A DNA stretch of 64,000 nucleotides, from assembly GCA_010093815.1 (NCBI GenBank), contig ML996569.1. The stretch is one strand, 5' to 3'. The notes under the pieces were generated by a model that was not told the origin of the DNA, did not search any database, and saw only the letters and a list, made by a program, of their open reading frames with translations. Each line of letters starts with the position of its first letter. Positions within the stretch are counted from its first letter, which is position 1. Source of the DNA: Pseudovirgaria hyperparasitica. Lineage: Eukaryota. The position numbers and the translations under genes were made by a program. Of the stretch, positions 50,150 through 62,116 are shown piece after piece.

Positions 50150-51522
50150 GGGTCTCACCGTGGATGCTGTTGGACGGTGTATGAGCGTGCTGTACTGTGT
50201 ATAGTCTATCAGAGACGCAGATATATAGACTCACCGAACGTTCATGACCACCCGACATAGCTCCTATGCCCATCTAAGTGCACTAGTTGTGGATAGCGTA
50301 TACCTCTGACAAAGAGAAATCCGGACCACCCGTACACGTGCTATGTCTAAGATATATGCCCGCATGGCACAGAATATCGAAACCCCAAATTCGACCCTCT
50401 TCCCTACCCACACAGATATACATCGATATCCACCATCTTCGCCGCCAGAACTAAAGACACAGCAGCACCCAAAACAAACCACACATGATACACTCCTCAA
50501 GCCCTCTCATCATCACACGTCTTCACAGTATTTCTATACACACACATATACATACATACACTGCAATCAGGAGCCATGTGGGAGATTCGTCCTCATACGT
50601 GCGTCTGGCGCGATGTATATAAGGTTTGTTTAGAAAATGGAGGTTGATGGGCTGAGTTAGGGGCTGGGTGTGGAGGTTTATGTTTGTATCGTCTCCGTCC
50701 CCGTGTGCTGTGTGTGGTGTGGTATGGTGCGCGAGGTGTGCGGTGTGGTATGGTGCGTGAGGTGTGGGTTCGAAGGAAGGGGGATATGTGTTGAGGACTG
50801 GTTAGGGATGGGGAGAGCGCGATCGAGAGCGAGGGTGGGGATGTGGTGTCTGAGTGGTTGCGTGCGAGGGTACTTAAAGACGCGAGGATTGATGGAGAGG
50901 AGTAGGAGGAGAGTGGAGAGCGGATTGGAGGAGTAGGGGGATGTATCCGTGTGTTGGGGATGGGTTAGGGATTGGGGCAAGGTGGTGATGCTGGCTGGTG
51001 CTTAGGTTAGGATTGCGAGGGAGGAGGTGCAGTCGATATAGCATCGTGAGCTAAGGGGAGGTTTAGTTTGTGAGGTCGACGCGGCGTGAATTTCATTGCT
51101 GCTTTACTTTAAGCAGATGGAGGGTGTGATGGGTTGGGATGCTTGGTCGTAGGTATGCGAGCATGCGTGAGCGTTTAGGAGGGGAGTGAGTTGTGGAATT
51201 CATGGTATTCACGTGCGATCCGGCGAAAGGCCGACAAGGCGTTATGATGCTCAGGACTAAGCGAGGTACTGTTGGTCCTCGAGACGGTCATGGGTGGAGT
51301 TGAAGCATTGTGTCGGATGACTTCATCCACCTGGATCCGATTAGTGAATCACATGTACCTGACTAAGAAAGTAGGGACCTGGCAGTGTTGATTGGGAGAG
51401 TGTCGGGAGGCACACGATAGACACCCAGGGCAGCGACCGGACATAATAAGCGTAAACGAGAACGAAAAGAACAGGAAGCTGTATGATATGTACTCGCTTT
51501 GAAGTTGAAATAAAAGACAAGC

Positions 51523-53315
51523 CTAATCCCTGAAAAGAAATGCTGCAGACAGGGTCCTGCTCTCCGACACCCAAGGGTCTATGATATCTTGCTCAAACCG
51601 CATGCATCCCTGGATGTAAGACGCCTTGCCCTGTCTGCTATATGAACTGTTGTTACCTGCGCAGACTCTGGTAAGCCAACGGACCACCGGGTCGATAGAA
51701 AACCGGAGCCTTACATCTATCCCATAGAGCAGTCCAGATCCCCTCACAATCCGGTGAGCCAGGGTCAAAGTCGCTGTTGTTCAAAGTACAGCCTGGTAGC
51801 CAGCTCGATTGTTGAGTGTAAGAGAGATCCGGATGGTTCACGTAATCCATCTGAAGTCTCCATGCTCTTGACTGCAAAACTTCATCGGCGCCACCTGGTC
51901 GTATCAACCGCTCTTCTTTCGGAACTTGGGCTCTCTGCTGACATGCAGACCTTGTTAAGTTTCTAGCGTCCTGTCGTGTCAGGGTGATGTTGTAAGTGCT
52001 TGGTCGGCATGACCATCGGGGGTCCGGGTTTGTAGTACACTCGGGGTGGTAGGAGTATTCGATACATCCGCGTGACAGTGTGCCGCCTATCATCATGAGT
52101 TTGGTGGTAGGACGAGATAATCCGGGGTCTGGTAGTTACCGTGGCCACCATTCGTACTTGAATGCAGAATCTTGTAAGCCGCCACGCAGCTATCTCCGCC
52201 TATCTCAAATCGAGTCCCGTATTTGGTACCGAAGCTGTCGCCTAGGTGCGGATTGCCGATTCCGCCACAGTCCTTTTTCCACGCCAGTTCAAGGACGTGC
52301 CGGAGCCCGTATTCATGATCCAGAACCGTGGTGAATCGGGATTCAGGGATGAGGATTGGGAACGTCGTAGGGTCGGACCCGCAGGCGCTTTGGGTGAATA
52401 GTTGAAAACGAGGTGACGGGAGACCTGCATTGCAAGGCCCATCAGGGTTGAAGTGCTCCTGTAGACAGTCGGGGTGATAAGTGAAATTGAGTCCGCCTGT
52501 CGAGAGAAGACCTCCTACGCCTTGGTAGCATATCCGTGCAAAGACAACAGCATGACCGTGGACGTACCCCTCCCACCGTTCGGACCTGTGAGACGTCAGC
52601 AAGCCGAGCCACTGCCATTTCATCGTAAGACTTACATCCACTCATCAGCCTCCGAACACTACTCAGACAAGAATCTCGAGTTAGGAGCACAGGGGTCCCA
52701 CAGTCCGACCCAGGAAGCACACGAAATGTATGAGCTATGCCCGCAGAGTCTTTCGTGAATTCATCATGGTACATGCGCGTTACGGGCTTGGTGATTTGGA
52801 CTGCAACATCGGTACAGAATTGTTCTGCATAAGCGCCGAGGCCCTGGACGTCCGGAGATCCCTCGCAGCGTTGCGGAGCATCGCATTGCAGGATTTCAGT
52901 CATGTTCGGATTACATCTGCGTTCCATCATGGAGTATGCTGTAGTGTAACAAAGCACACTCATATAAACCGTGAGCTTGAACATCAGGCACGCCATCAGG
53001 AGGTTAGCAGTGCTGGTTGCGAAAACGTTGGAACAGTAGAGGGAAACTCCAAGATACTTGGGGTGAAACGAAGTGATATTCGAGGAATTGATCACATTGC
53101 ATCAAGCTTGGTGCCACTAATTGACTTGGAATGTAGTTTGAGACGCATTTGAGTCTGATATCTGCCAGTTCCTTGACAGGACCGAGTACGGGTGGTTTTG
53201 AAACATCATATAGTCCTCTGTTTGTAATGCAGCCGTTCAGCAGCCAGCGAGCACCGGGATTAGGATGACTGAACTCTAGCCAGGATGCTACAATGAGCGC
53301 CACTTGCGGTGCCAT
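51523..53315 (-). CDS. Cys-rich protein of about 498 aa with three diverged internal repeats, possibly secreted, 6 exons
   Basis: Introns 52976-53057, 52586-52635, 52515-52567, 52087-52139 and 51657-51714 join five ORF fragments into one open frame of 1497 nt. Repeat ends read CPNGGRGG..GGLNFTYHPDC, STNGGHGG..GCIEYSYHPEC and CNNSSY..QGCMRF. The signal peptide is weak. Confidence 0.7.
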
Positions 53316-54256
53316 GAGATAGCAAGGCTGGGCAAAGATATAAGAAACTCCCCTTGCGTCGAGATGCCTCTTTCACTGTGCCACCGCCCAGGAATGCTAG
53401 CGTGTGAACGTAGTTGGCCGCTTGCACCTCCAAACTCGAATGGTAGCACAAGGACTTACAAAGTACGATCATATGGTGAGTATATACCGATTGTTATGTC
53501 TGTGCGAGTTGTCCTGTGTCGGTTCCTATCGCCTTGCTAGCATGTCCTGGAAATGGTTCAGTCAGCTTCTCCAGTATTGATACCGGCGGAAAAGAGAGGT
53601 CTAACTCCAAGTCCGGGTCGATTCAGGTAGTATTTGGCGAAATAGGAATATGAATAGTGTTGTCTTGGGAGTCATTGCCAGAGCGACGAGGTTCTCGAGG
53701 TAAATGCTATCCCAAATGAAACGTGAGCCTAGCAATGTCGATGAAGTCAGCGCCATCATCAAAGATAACGATAAATATCACCACATCAGCCACCTTATTA
53801 CAGCTGCAATCAGTTCTTGGTCGTTGTGGTGTGACAAGTGCTTATAATACCGAAGCAGATATGTGTCAATGTGCGGTCCAAAGTAACCCCTGGTTATGCC
53901 TTGACTTACACACTACTTGTTTCTTTAAAGGTAATAAAGATGTAGGTCTTGTCTACTTTTGCGACGCCTTCTGCCTTTCTTAGACTTGCAGCAGCTATTA
54001 CCTCCTGAAATTTGACTGCAAGAAGAGCAGATGATACTTACATGATGCTCTTCGGGATCGGCCAACAAGGCTCTCTGTCAGGAACATACGCCATGTTATG
54101 ACTGGTCTTGGTCTTTTCCGCAGCTTCGACCAATCAAGTTGGGCATGGGCGAGAGTTTCAAAATGTGTGAGCGGAGAAAATGTGTGGCATGGCCGCAATT
54201 CCTAGTATTCTGGGATCATCCTGGGACATCGAATGCGTCCCTTAATCTTCGCTCAT

Positions 54257-54292
54257 GACGCCGCACTAACGACGCCGCACTAACGATGCCAC
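54257..54292. repeat. 14-bp tandem repeat (GACGCCGCACTAAC)x2 plus a partial copy
   Basis: Read directly. Confidence 0.85.
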
Positions 54293-55329
54293 AATCTTCT
54301 ATGCCATAACATGATAATGGATCGAGACTTTATTCGATAGTTGTAATCATTGTGATTTGTGGGTACGTCGCCATATAACGCTTCAACACCTAAGATTATA
54401 GCGAGCCTGTCCAATGTTAGTGACGCAAGTCAAGATAGTGCCACTTCAAACGAATGACCCAGGTAGTCGGTGCTTGTCAATTTCGAACAACTCATGCGAG
54501 GTCCCTCTAACGCTGTCAACCGTAGTATTGGTAAAGTGGTGCAAAATGCCAGGCGATCACACTGACCTTCTGGTCCTGTTGTGATCATACAAGGTCTGTG
54601 TAAAGGGTTAGACTTCTCCCGGTACAGAACAAGTCTAAGATACAACACGTTCCTGGGCAGGACTCGTCACAATCGATGGACAGTCCAAGAGACTGGCAGT
54701 GTCGCACATACAATTGATGAGCGAACGTTCCATAAAAGTCTGAGGTCGCGTTTTTCCATTTTGAAATAGTTGTGCATTTGGAGCTAAGTCTGTTTCGTGA
54801 CTAGCGTAGGCAATCCTTGTGGGGCGGGGATGTCCGGTGGGAACACGATTAATTACTCATTACAACAGGCGTCTACCTACTAATTACTTGTCTGCAACGT
54901 ATGGAATGAAAAATGCTGCTCGGCCACCATCAATCAAGATCTCACGATTCATAATATGAACCATGAGACCCTGCTCTCAAGGACATCTGATGTCCAGTTC
55001 TCGCGTTGCCTTGTGTATCGTCGCATATGGATATTCTCAGTCTGCGATTCGATGAATTATGTCTCAATTCCGTAGCGTCGATATCTGCTTACGTGTGCTT
55101 ATGGAGAAGTCGATCTTCGCTGTCTATTATAACATGGCCCAGATCTATTGGCATACAGCCTTGGCGTGGAAAACTGCTGGCCTCGAAAGCATCAGCCGAG
55201 CAAGGAGAGGCTGATCATACGAGGGATTAAAATACCCCTCGTATTTAAGATGACGTGACAATCTATGGTACGCCAGATACTTCTATAACGTTCATCTTCC
55301 ACAGCTCGACGCGAGTATCACCACTGACA

Positions 55330-56160
55330 ATGGCGGTCACTGAAATTGTTGCTGATGCTTGGGGCAAGACTGGATCTGGTTATGCTAACGTCACGGAGAA
55401 AACCACTGCCAAGGCTGCACTGCGGCTCATACAAGAGCTCGAAACCCTCAAGCCTTTGTCCATTGCGAACGGCATTGTACTCGACAACGGATGTGGAACA
55501 GGAGCCACCGCCATGGCAGTCCGATATCAATCAGCAGATATCCCAATATTGGCCACCGATATCAGTCCTGGCATGCTCGACATCCTTGACAAGAGAGAAA
55601 TTCCTGGAATCCGTACCCGCGTCGCCGACGCGCTCGATCTCAGCGTTTTGGAAGAAGATGGTGTCGACAATCATTTCAGCCATGTGCTGAGTACATTCAT
55701 GATCCAATTCACACCGGATGCCACGAAGGCTGTAGCAGAGATGTATCGCGTCTTACAGCCTGGAGGAGCTTTTGGTCTTGCGACATGGATTGAGGTGGAA
55801 ATCGTTACCAAAATCAATGAGGCAGGCAAAGCACTCGAGCCTCAGTGGAAAGCCCCTAACATGTTTGCTTCGAATTGGCCCACGACCGTTTCTGAGGTCC
55901 AAGTAAAAATGGAAGAGCTTGGATTCGTCGACATCCATACGAACGTGACTCGCGCTGACCTGGACTCTCCGTTGGAACTCTTACTCGATTACACATATAA
56001 CGGAAACCACCCGAGTGCTGTTGAGCAGATCAGGTATTGGGAGGAGCAAGGCAGACTGAAGGATTTCAAGGCCGTGTATGAGAGAAGTTTAGGAAACCTG
56101 TACGCAAAGGGACACAGATTGTCACTTCGATATATGCTCACTACCGCACGAAAGCCCTAG
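55330..56160 (+). CDS. Class I SAM-dependent methyltransferase
   Basis: Motif I VLDNGCGTG, ATDISPGML, FSHVLSTF, EMYRVLQPGG. ATG at 55330. Confidence 0.92.
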   Translation: MAVTEIVADAWGKTGSGYANVTEKTTAKAALRLIQELETLKPLSIANGIVLDNGCGTGATAMAVRYQSADIPILATDISPGMLDILDKREIPGIRTRVADALDLSVLEEDGVDNHFSHVLSTFMIQFTPDATKAVAEMYRVLQPGGAFGLATWIEVEIVTKINEAGKALEPQWKAPNMFASNWPTTVSEVQVKMEELGFVDIHTNVTRADLDSPLELLLDYTYNGNHPSAVEQIRYWEEQGRLKDFKAVYERSLGNLYAKGHRLSLRYMLTTARKP

Positions 56161-56285
56161 TAAGCACTAAGATAGTCCAAGAATCTTCATACTGCTACTC
56201 TGACGACGAGATCTACAATGACAGAGCGTGCTTACTACGAAGCCATAAGAGAGAACGACTTGCACTTCTTCTTTCTGGCCGGAGC

Positions 56286-57398
56286 TTAAAGTTCCACGAC
56301 CAGCTTTGTTGCACTAACACCCGCTTTGCACTTCTGTAGTGCCTCATCAATAGACTCCAATCCCACACCGACGACACTCGGAGGAGGTAAGCATTGCAGC
56401 TTCCCAGATTCCAATGCCCCTGTAACATAATCCTGCCAAACAGGCGTTGCGATATCATTGACTGCAAAGATCATTCCAGCCTCCACGTCTTTCGGGATGT
56501 TCGGCGGCGGCGGATGAACACATGCCAAATGTCCTCCACCTAGTTTCTCCAGAATGACCAGGTCATCTTTGTACGTCTCGAATGTAGATACGGCGTCGAA
56601 TATTCCAATAAAGGATTCGGGAGACCCCTTGACAGCTGCAACGACATCTTCTACGAATGACCCATCATGATAATCGAAGACGTCTTTAGCACCGCATGAT
56701 CGGCATAATTCAAAGTTCTTCTTGCTAGCGATAGCTATGACTCGCACTCCTGCTGCATTGGCAAGCTGAGTTGTCATGCTCCCAACAGATGATGAGCCGC
56801 CGTAGACAACAAGGGTTTTGGTCATAGGTTTCGCAGTCAACGATGGATACGGGAGTCGTAGCGCCGGTGTTTGTATACCTGGCATAGCAAATCCAGGCTT
56901 ATCGAGCGAAAGGGCGCAGACCGCTGCTTCAAGGGCGAAAGGTACGACGACGCCAGATGTGAACGAGATTTGTGGCGGCAGAATGGCTGCTTTGGTGGCC
57001 AGGACGATACAGTACTGGGCGTATGCTCCGTCTTGAGGACGACCGGTCACCAGGCTGACTGCATGGCTATGCGGAACTTGTCAGTCGTTGTGCTATCCGA
57101 AAGAGAAGTCCTTGTGGAAAGAGGAATGACTTTACCCAATGACACGATCTCCCCTCTTGAAGCGACCTTGAGCTTCGGAGCCGACTTGATGGACAACACC
57201 CGCCACATCGCATCCGAAAATTGTAGGCCACTGCTGGACAAAAACGCCAGAGTCTTGCATATGGCAGTCTAAGGGGTTGATAGCAACAGCGTGGTTATGA
57301 ATCACAAGCTCGTTCGAGCCGGCAATAGGCATTGGCGCATCCGACACTGACAGAGGAGCTCCAGCTTTCTTGAGCCATGCAGCTTTGTTGGTTGTCAT
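56286..57398 (-). CDS. MDR-family oxidoreductase, trans-enoyl-reductase-like (LovC/CipB/ToxD type), 2 exons
   Basis: NHAVAINPLD, FGCDVAGVV, FKRGDRVIG|HAV (intron 57067-57135), VYGGSSSVG, VFDYHD, GVSATKLVV. No obvious Cys4 structural-zinc lobe. Confidence 0.92.
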
Positions 57399-57749
57399 CT
57401 TGAAAGGTATTATGGAATATTGGACCGATTCGAGAGGTTTGGCGTAAGACTGAGTGGAGGACTATAACATTGTGCATTATGCATAGGATACAAGGCCATA
57501 TATATGCCTCGATCTTCATTAGTGAGCTCCTAAGCTACAATCCCGGTATTTGGAAATCTGATATCGAAGTCTGTCTTGTTAGCTGCCTGTGTACGGAATT
57601 CAAGTATGGGAATCCAAAATCCTTGCTTACGTTCCCGCTACTGAACAATCAGCCGCGGTAGAACTAACCTTGAATAGGAAAGTAGTGCGACACCACGTAA
57701 AGTGGTCAGTCATCAAACTCAGTCGTCACTGACATCTTCCCACTCACCG

Positions 57750-59258
57750 ATGCCTCCTTTATCCAAAACTGTCGATTATCTGCAATACGATGACCAGCAT
57801 CGGGTGTTGATCTGTACGAAATGTTCATATGCCATCCAGAAAAGCGCAATTGATAGCCATCTGCTTCGGCATAAGATCTATCGTGCTGCGAGGCACGAAC
57901 TCGTCCGCGCTGCATCACAATTAGACATCTTAGAGCCGGAAGATGTTTCCCTGCCCACGCCTGGCAGTGGTCCCATTGTAGGCTTGTCAATCATCGATGG
58001 ATACAAATGTGCATCGCCAAGATGTGGAAGCTTGTTCGCCAGCGTCAAACGTATGAGACGTCATTGGACTGAAGATCACAACAATGTACAGGTTCCACAA
58101 GAATTCGCCTTGTCCGTGCAGCTGCAGACATTCTTCCGTGGTACCAAGTTGAAGTACTTCCAGGTTGACTCCCTGTCCATGATGAATCCAAAGGAACAAG
58201 ATTCACCCTCTGGAAGCGCTAGCCGCCCAAAGCTTCCAAACGATGTGAACCTAGATCATATCAATGATTTCCATCATTACAACATTCATACAAGTAACAG
58301 TATGCCCGCCGTTTCTTGGGTAAAGGATCTTCCTGCGCAAGCACTATATACACCAATACTGATGAATGGGATGCTTGCCATCGCAGTGGCCCATAAGATA
58401 CTGATCGAGTCAGACCTGGGCCTCAACACGGAATTAGAGCTCTTTCGATACTACTCCTACTACGTTACCATACAGAACAGACAAGACGACGATACTGACG
58501 CAACAAGGATGCAAACCATGAAGAAGCTCAGAGCACTTTGCATGCTTTGCTCCTGGTCCGTCGATACTATTACAGTTCCATCCACGAAACGCATGGTGAT
58601 GCCGACTGTAGACGTCCTATCTATCATTACGTGTATGGAAGACATGATTGGAGAACCCACGATCTCGAATGCGAAGGCCGGGCACCTGTTTCCTCTCACC
58701 GCAATCCTCGAGACCGTGACTTCAATTGAAGATCCTGTATACGCGACTCTCAGCGTTCGAAATGTGGACTGCAATTTTGCAGACTCCCACCCCATCGGAT
58801 TTTCTACATCAACTCTCAACAAGGTCTCTTCACGTGAAGATATACCTCCGGCCATAGCAAGATCCATTGGCAGTCTTCCAATGCGTATGCGAGAGGTTTT
58901 TGGGAAGCCGAGCGAGATCAAGGACGTCTTGGCTTCGCTGTCCGCCATAAATGCACTTGAGGAATGCATAGCCCTCTACTTCACTTGCCAAGGGGAAGAT
59001 CATCATGTAGCATGGCAGGCTCTGTTATCGTGGATTGGCAGAATGTCTATGCACTTCCGAAACTTGCTCGCCAAAAACAACCCAGCCGCACTGGTTATAT
59101 TCACGCATTGGTTATTGCTTGTCAGACTGGCAGAAAAACATTACTGGTTTCTCAAAGGGTTGGCTTCGTCATTGTTGGCCGCCGTTGAGGAGCACCTGGG
59201 GGCTCTGAGTCCGGCACATCAACTCATTGAGTCCGTGATCACCCTGATTATCACATGA
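57750..59258 (+). CDS. Putative transcription regulator: OrsD/DUF3505-like zinc-finger N-terminus plus fungal TF C-terminal domain
   Basis: VLICTKCSYAI..DSHLLRH, YKCASPRC..MRRHWTEDH and VQLQTFFRG..YFQV (OrsD-like); LMNGMLAIAVAH and NPAALVIFTHW..YWFLKG resemble Upc2-type TF C-termini. No Zn2Cys6 motif. Confidence 0.75.
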   Translation: MPPLSKTVDYLQYDDQHRVLICTKCSYAIQKSAIDSHLLRHKIYRAARHELVRAASQLDILEPEDVSLPTPGSGPIVGLSIIDGYKCASPRCGSLFASVKRMRRHWTEDHNNVQVPQEFALSVQLQTFFRGTKLKYFQVDSLSMMNPKEQDSPSGSASRPKLPNDVNLDHINDFHHYNIHTSNSMPAVSWVKDLPAQALYTPILMNGMLAIAVAHKILIESDLGLNTELELFRYYSYYVTIQNRQDDDTDATRMQTMKKLRALCMLCSWSVDTITVPSTKRMVMPTVDVLSIITCMEDMIGEPTISNAKAGHLFPLTAILETVTSIEDPVYATLSVRNVDCNFADSHPIGFSTSTLNKVSSREDIPPAIARSIGSLPMRMREVFGKPSEIKDVLASLSAINALEECIALYFTCQGEDHHVAWQALLSWIGRMSMHFRNLLAKNNPAALVIFTHWLLLVRLAEKHYWFLKGLASSLLAAVEEHLGALSPAHQLIESVITLIIT

Positions 59259-59739
59259 ATGGGTAATTGGACATGCACAAATGTCTACTGTGCGTCTGCA
59301 TAGCATCCATATACAGACCGGGGACATAATACAAAGACTACTAGTAAGGTTCTGCTGAAGATGTCTCCAATGCCGAGGAGTCACTTGGGATGGGAGTCGA
59401 GGACAACGAACGCAATACACAACTCATACTAGCCGCGAGGAACCAAGACAAGGATACAGACAAGAACTTGTCAGGCCTTGAAGTGGACACATCCAAGACG
59501 GATGATTGCGCCCAAGACTGTAAGTGATCTCATGAAGGACTCTAGGCTTGAATTGATTGTAAAGATACCGGAAAATTCTTGATACTCGAGTCAGAAAGAT
59601 TTTACAACGCAATAAACACACTTTTCCAGTACAAGAAAAACCAACCCTATAAACACAACGAAACTGTGCAACTAAAATTAGAACCCATATTCTACATCCG
59701 TCATGATACGATGCCACAGCTGTCAGCTCTGAGATTCCA

Positions 59740-61694
59740 TTAATCGACATGAATCCTCCACAGCTCTCGATCCGCGCCCGACTTGAAGGAGCTTCTGGTA
59801 TGCATCATTCCAACATTGTCACTAATCAGCAGATCGCCCTGTTGCCACGAGTGTCGATAGCATACTCTACGATCATGCAGTAGACTTTCCAGGATGTCGC
59901 AAGTAGATTGAGGTCCGTTGTCAATTGTGACGATGGTTGGATCGAACCGCGTCTTCTCTTGTGGCCACCGCTCATGGTATTGCAAGCATGGTAGTCCAGT
60001 CTCTGGGTGTCTAGTCACAAGCTTGAGTCCCTGCATGACAGTCTGATCGAATGACTTTGTTGACACCGACCACGTCAATCGCTCCAACTGCTCCAGTGAA
60101 ATCTCAGCTGGGAGATTTTGGAACAGCAACCGCGATGCGGAAAAGAGAGTAAAGCCGGTGTTTTTTGGTGAGGGCGTGACAGCCGTGAAGAATTGAAACT
60201 TCGGCGGTTGTGGAACGACTCGCAGAGTTCCGTCAGGTTCTTCCACCTTTTCGGTCTTGAACAAGCCATCGAAGTGGAATGGCATCCATTCTTGCGATAA
60301 AACGTTGTTCAATCCTCCACTCTCCGATCCTTTGTCCTTGACCTCAAGCACCAGACCAAATTTCCACTTTTGTGGCTTGCCAATTTCGGACGCTTTATCA
60401 ACAAAGAGATCCCGGTTTCGTGTTCCATTGAAGCCTCGAACAATCACAGGAGAGTTCTGCTCAGCTAGCTTGCGCAACTTCAGCCCTGGGACATCTTGCA
60501 TTGATAGCTTGGCACCTGTAGTAGGTCGGATGATGAGGCCACACGGATATTGATGTTCGAACACCACCTTGGCGGTCCCCCAATCGTACAATGGTGACTT
60601 TTGGCGGAAATGTGACAGGTGTCCAGCTTCCTCAACCAATTCAAGATCTGGATCTTGCTCAAAGCTATGTCGAGGACCAGCCCGAATCGAGCCATCTACG
60701 TTTATAGCAATGCAAGTGTGCCATGGTGTTACTGTAGTCGTCGTCAAGGGAAGTGTGTTGATCGAAATTTTGTCCTCTCCAGTCGACGGATGGATAGAAA
60801 GTCGAATGTGCTGGGGGAAGTTCTCTCGGACAGCTTTGGCAAAGGCCTCACCTCTCCTCAACATAGCCTTTGCGATCTTCTCGATTCCTTTCTTATATCT
60901 ACTCTTGCTCAAGTTTTCGCCAACCACATGCTGCGTGGCCAGATCTGTCTGTAAGAATTTCAGATACCCGCAATATGTCAATAGCCTGTTCTCATCTTCT
61001 TTCAACGACTCCGGTTTCAAGTTCTCCCAGGCCGGACGGCCGAACTTGTTCATTAAAGCCAAGCGGACACTTGACGCTGTTGCTTGATATGACATCTCGT
61101 CCATGTCCTCTTCTAGTATGTCCATGCCCAAGAGATCCTTCAGTCGAGCAAATTCGATGTTGGTGTACCCGCGACTTGCAGCGATGGCTCTCAAGTGCTG
61201 CCCATATGACCACACAGTCTTGTCTGGTACTCCCAACAGATCTATGGTCGATTAGCGATGGTATATTATGACAGTAGTATATCCTACTTACCATTGTAGA
61301 CAAGACCATCAGACACTATGGAAAGCTTTGCGCCAGGCTCGTGGATATCGGCAATGGCATCACACATCCCATTGAGATGAGCCAGAGCAAGCTCCTCTCC
61401 TTTATCTGGAAGAACACCCAAAACTTTGCTCTCACTGTTGGGGGACTTGAATGGAAATGCCGGAAGTGCGAGAGCGATAGGTTTGTTGTGTTTGATGTAT
61501 CGATATATGATGGATAAGAATGTCAAAGCTCCTTCATCGCTCCTATCTTCCACGTTCGAAGAAAGCGGGCATCTATACCGATAGATGATATCGAGGATTG
61601 CTTTTGCTTTGGAGAAGAGGTCATCGGAAAAGGTACCTGTCTGCGGACTTGGCGAGTCCTGTACAGCTAATTCTGAACTGATGAGACCCGGCAT
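59740..61694 (-). CDS. Isocyanide synthase-dioxygenase fusion (Dit1/PvcA domain + TauD/PvcB-like Fe(II)/2OG domain), about 634 aa, 2 exons
   Basis: LPAFPFKSPN, KVLGVLPDKGEELAL, VSDGLVYN|D (intron 61242-61291), IRLSIH and TPWH are isocyanide synthase motifs. PFHFDG, WQQGDLLISDN..MMHTR and RELWRIH give the HxD..H facial triad and an Arg for 2OG. Start placed at MPG, downstream of a TATA-like element near 61770. Confidence 0.93.
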
Positions 61695-62070
61695 GTTGAT
61701 ATTGTCGTTGTTGAGATAGGACGAGAGATTTGTTCGAAACATCGCCATCAATCTCTGATGCACTCTTAATATATGCCATCTTCATCGAAGCAGTCGCAAC
61801 CTGCGGCCGTATCCCATCTCTTGCAGACTTTTCGTGCCCCTCTGGCATGCCCCTCTCGCCGCGTCAAAGTTTCATCGCCCTGGTGGCCAAGGTGGGCTCC
61901 TTCAACCATGCCACCTTCTTTGTTCAGGCATTACGCCGACCATTGCGTGCCCCCATGAGATATCGGGACATCGGAATATCCAATCCGGAGACTTTCTGAA
62001 AGCGACTTTGAAGGCTTCGTCCTCTCACGACGCCATTAGAACGTCTACGAGTCCGGAAATAATTGGTCTA

Positions 62071-62116
62071 CGATTCAGGCAGGATCCTTGACTCAGGCAG
62101 AAATCTTGACTCAGCA
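62071..62116. promoter_or_regulatory. Tandem TGACTCA (Gcn4/CpcA-AP1 type) sites in an 18-bp imperfect repeat
   Basis: TGACTCA at 62089-62095 and 62107-62113, degenerate CGATTCA at 62071, about 400 bp upstream of the isocyanide synthase ATG. Confidence 0.5.

Noticed and set aside
50634..51000. Possible F-box-like relic (SITTLP) on the minus strand; similar scraps at 17509-17808 and 18381-18635
   Set aside because: Similarity is too short to support without a search.
51219..51236. Small GC hairpin with a GAAA-containing loop as a ribozyme candidate
   Set aside because: No hammerhead core (CUGAnGA) or other supporting stems nearby.
51523..53315. Initial reading as a frameshifted pseudogene
   Set aside because: Five GT-AG introns of typical size restore one continuous frame.
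61621..61848. Possible extra N-terminal domain on the isocyanide synthase
   Set aside because: The upstream ORF is in another frame, an in-frame stop lies just above 61763 and a TATA-like element sits near 61770.
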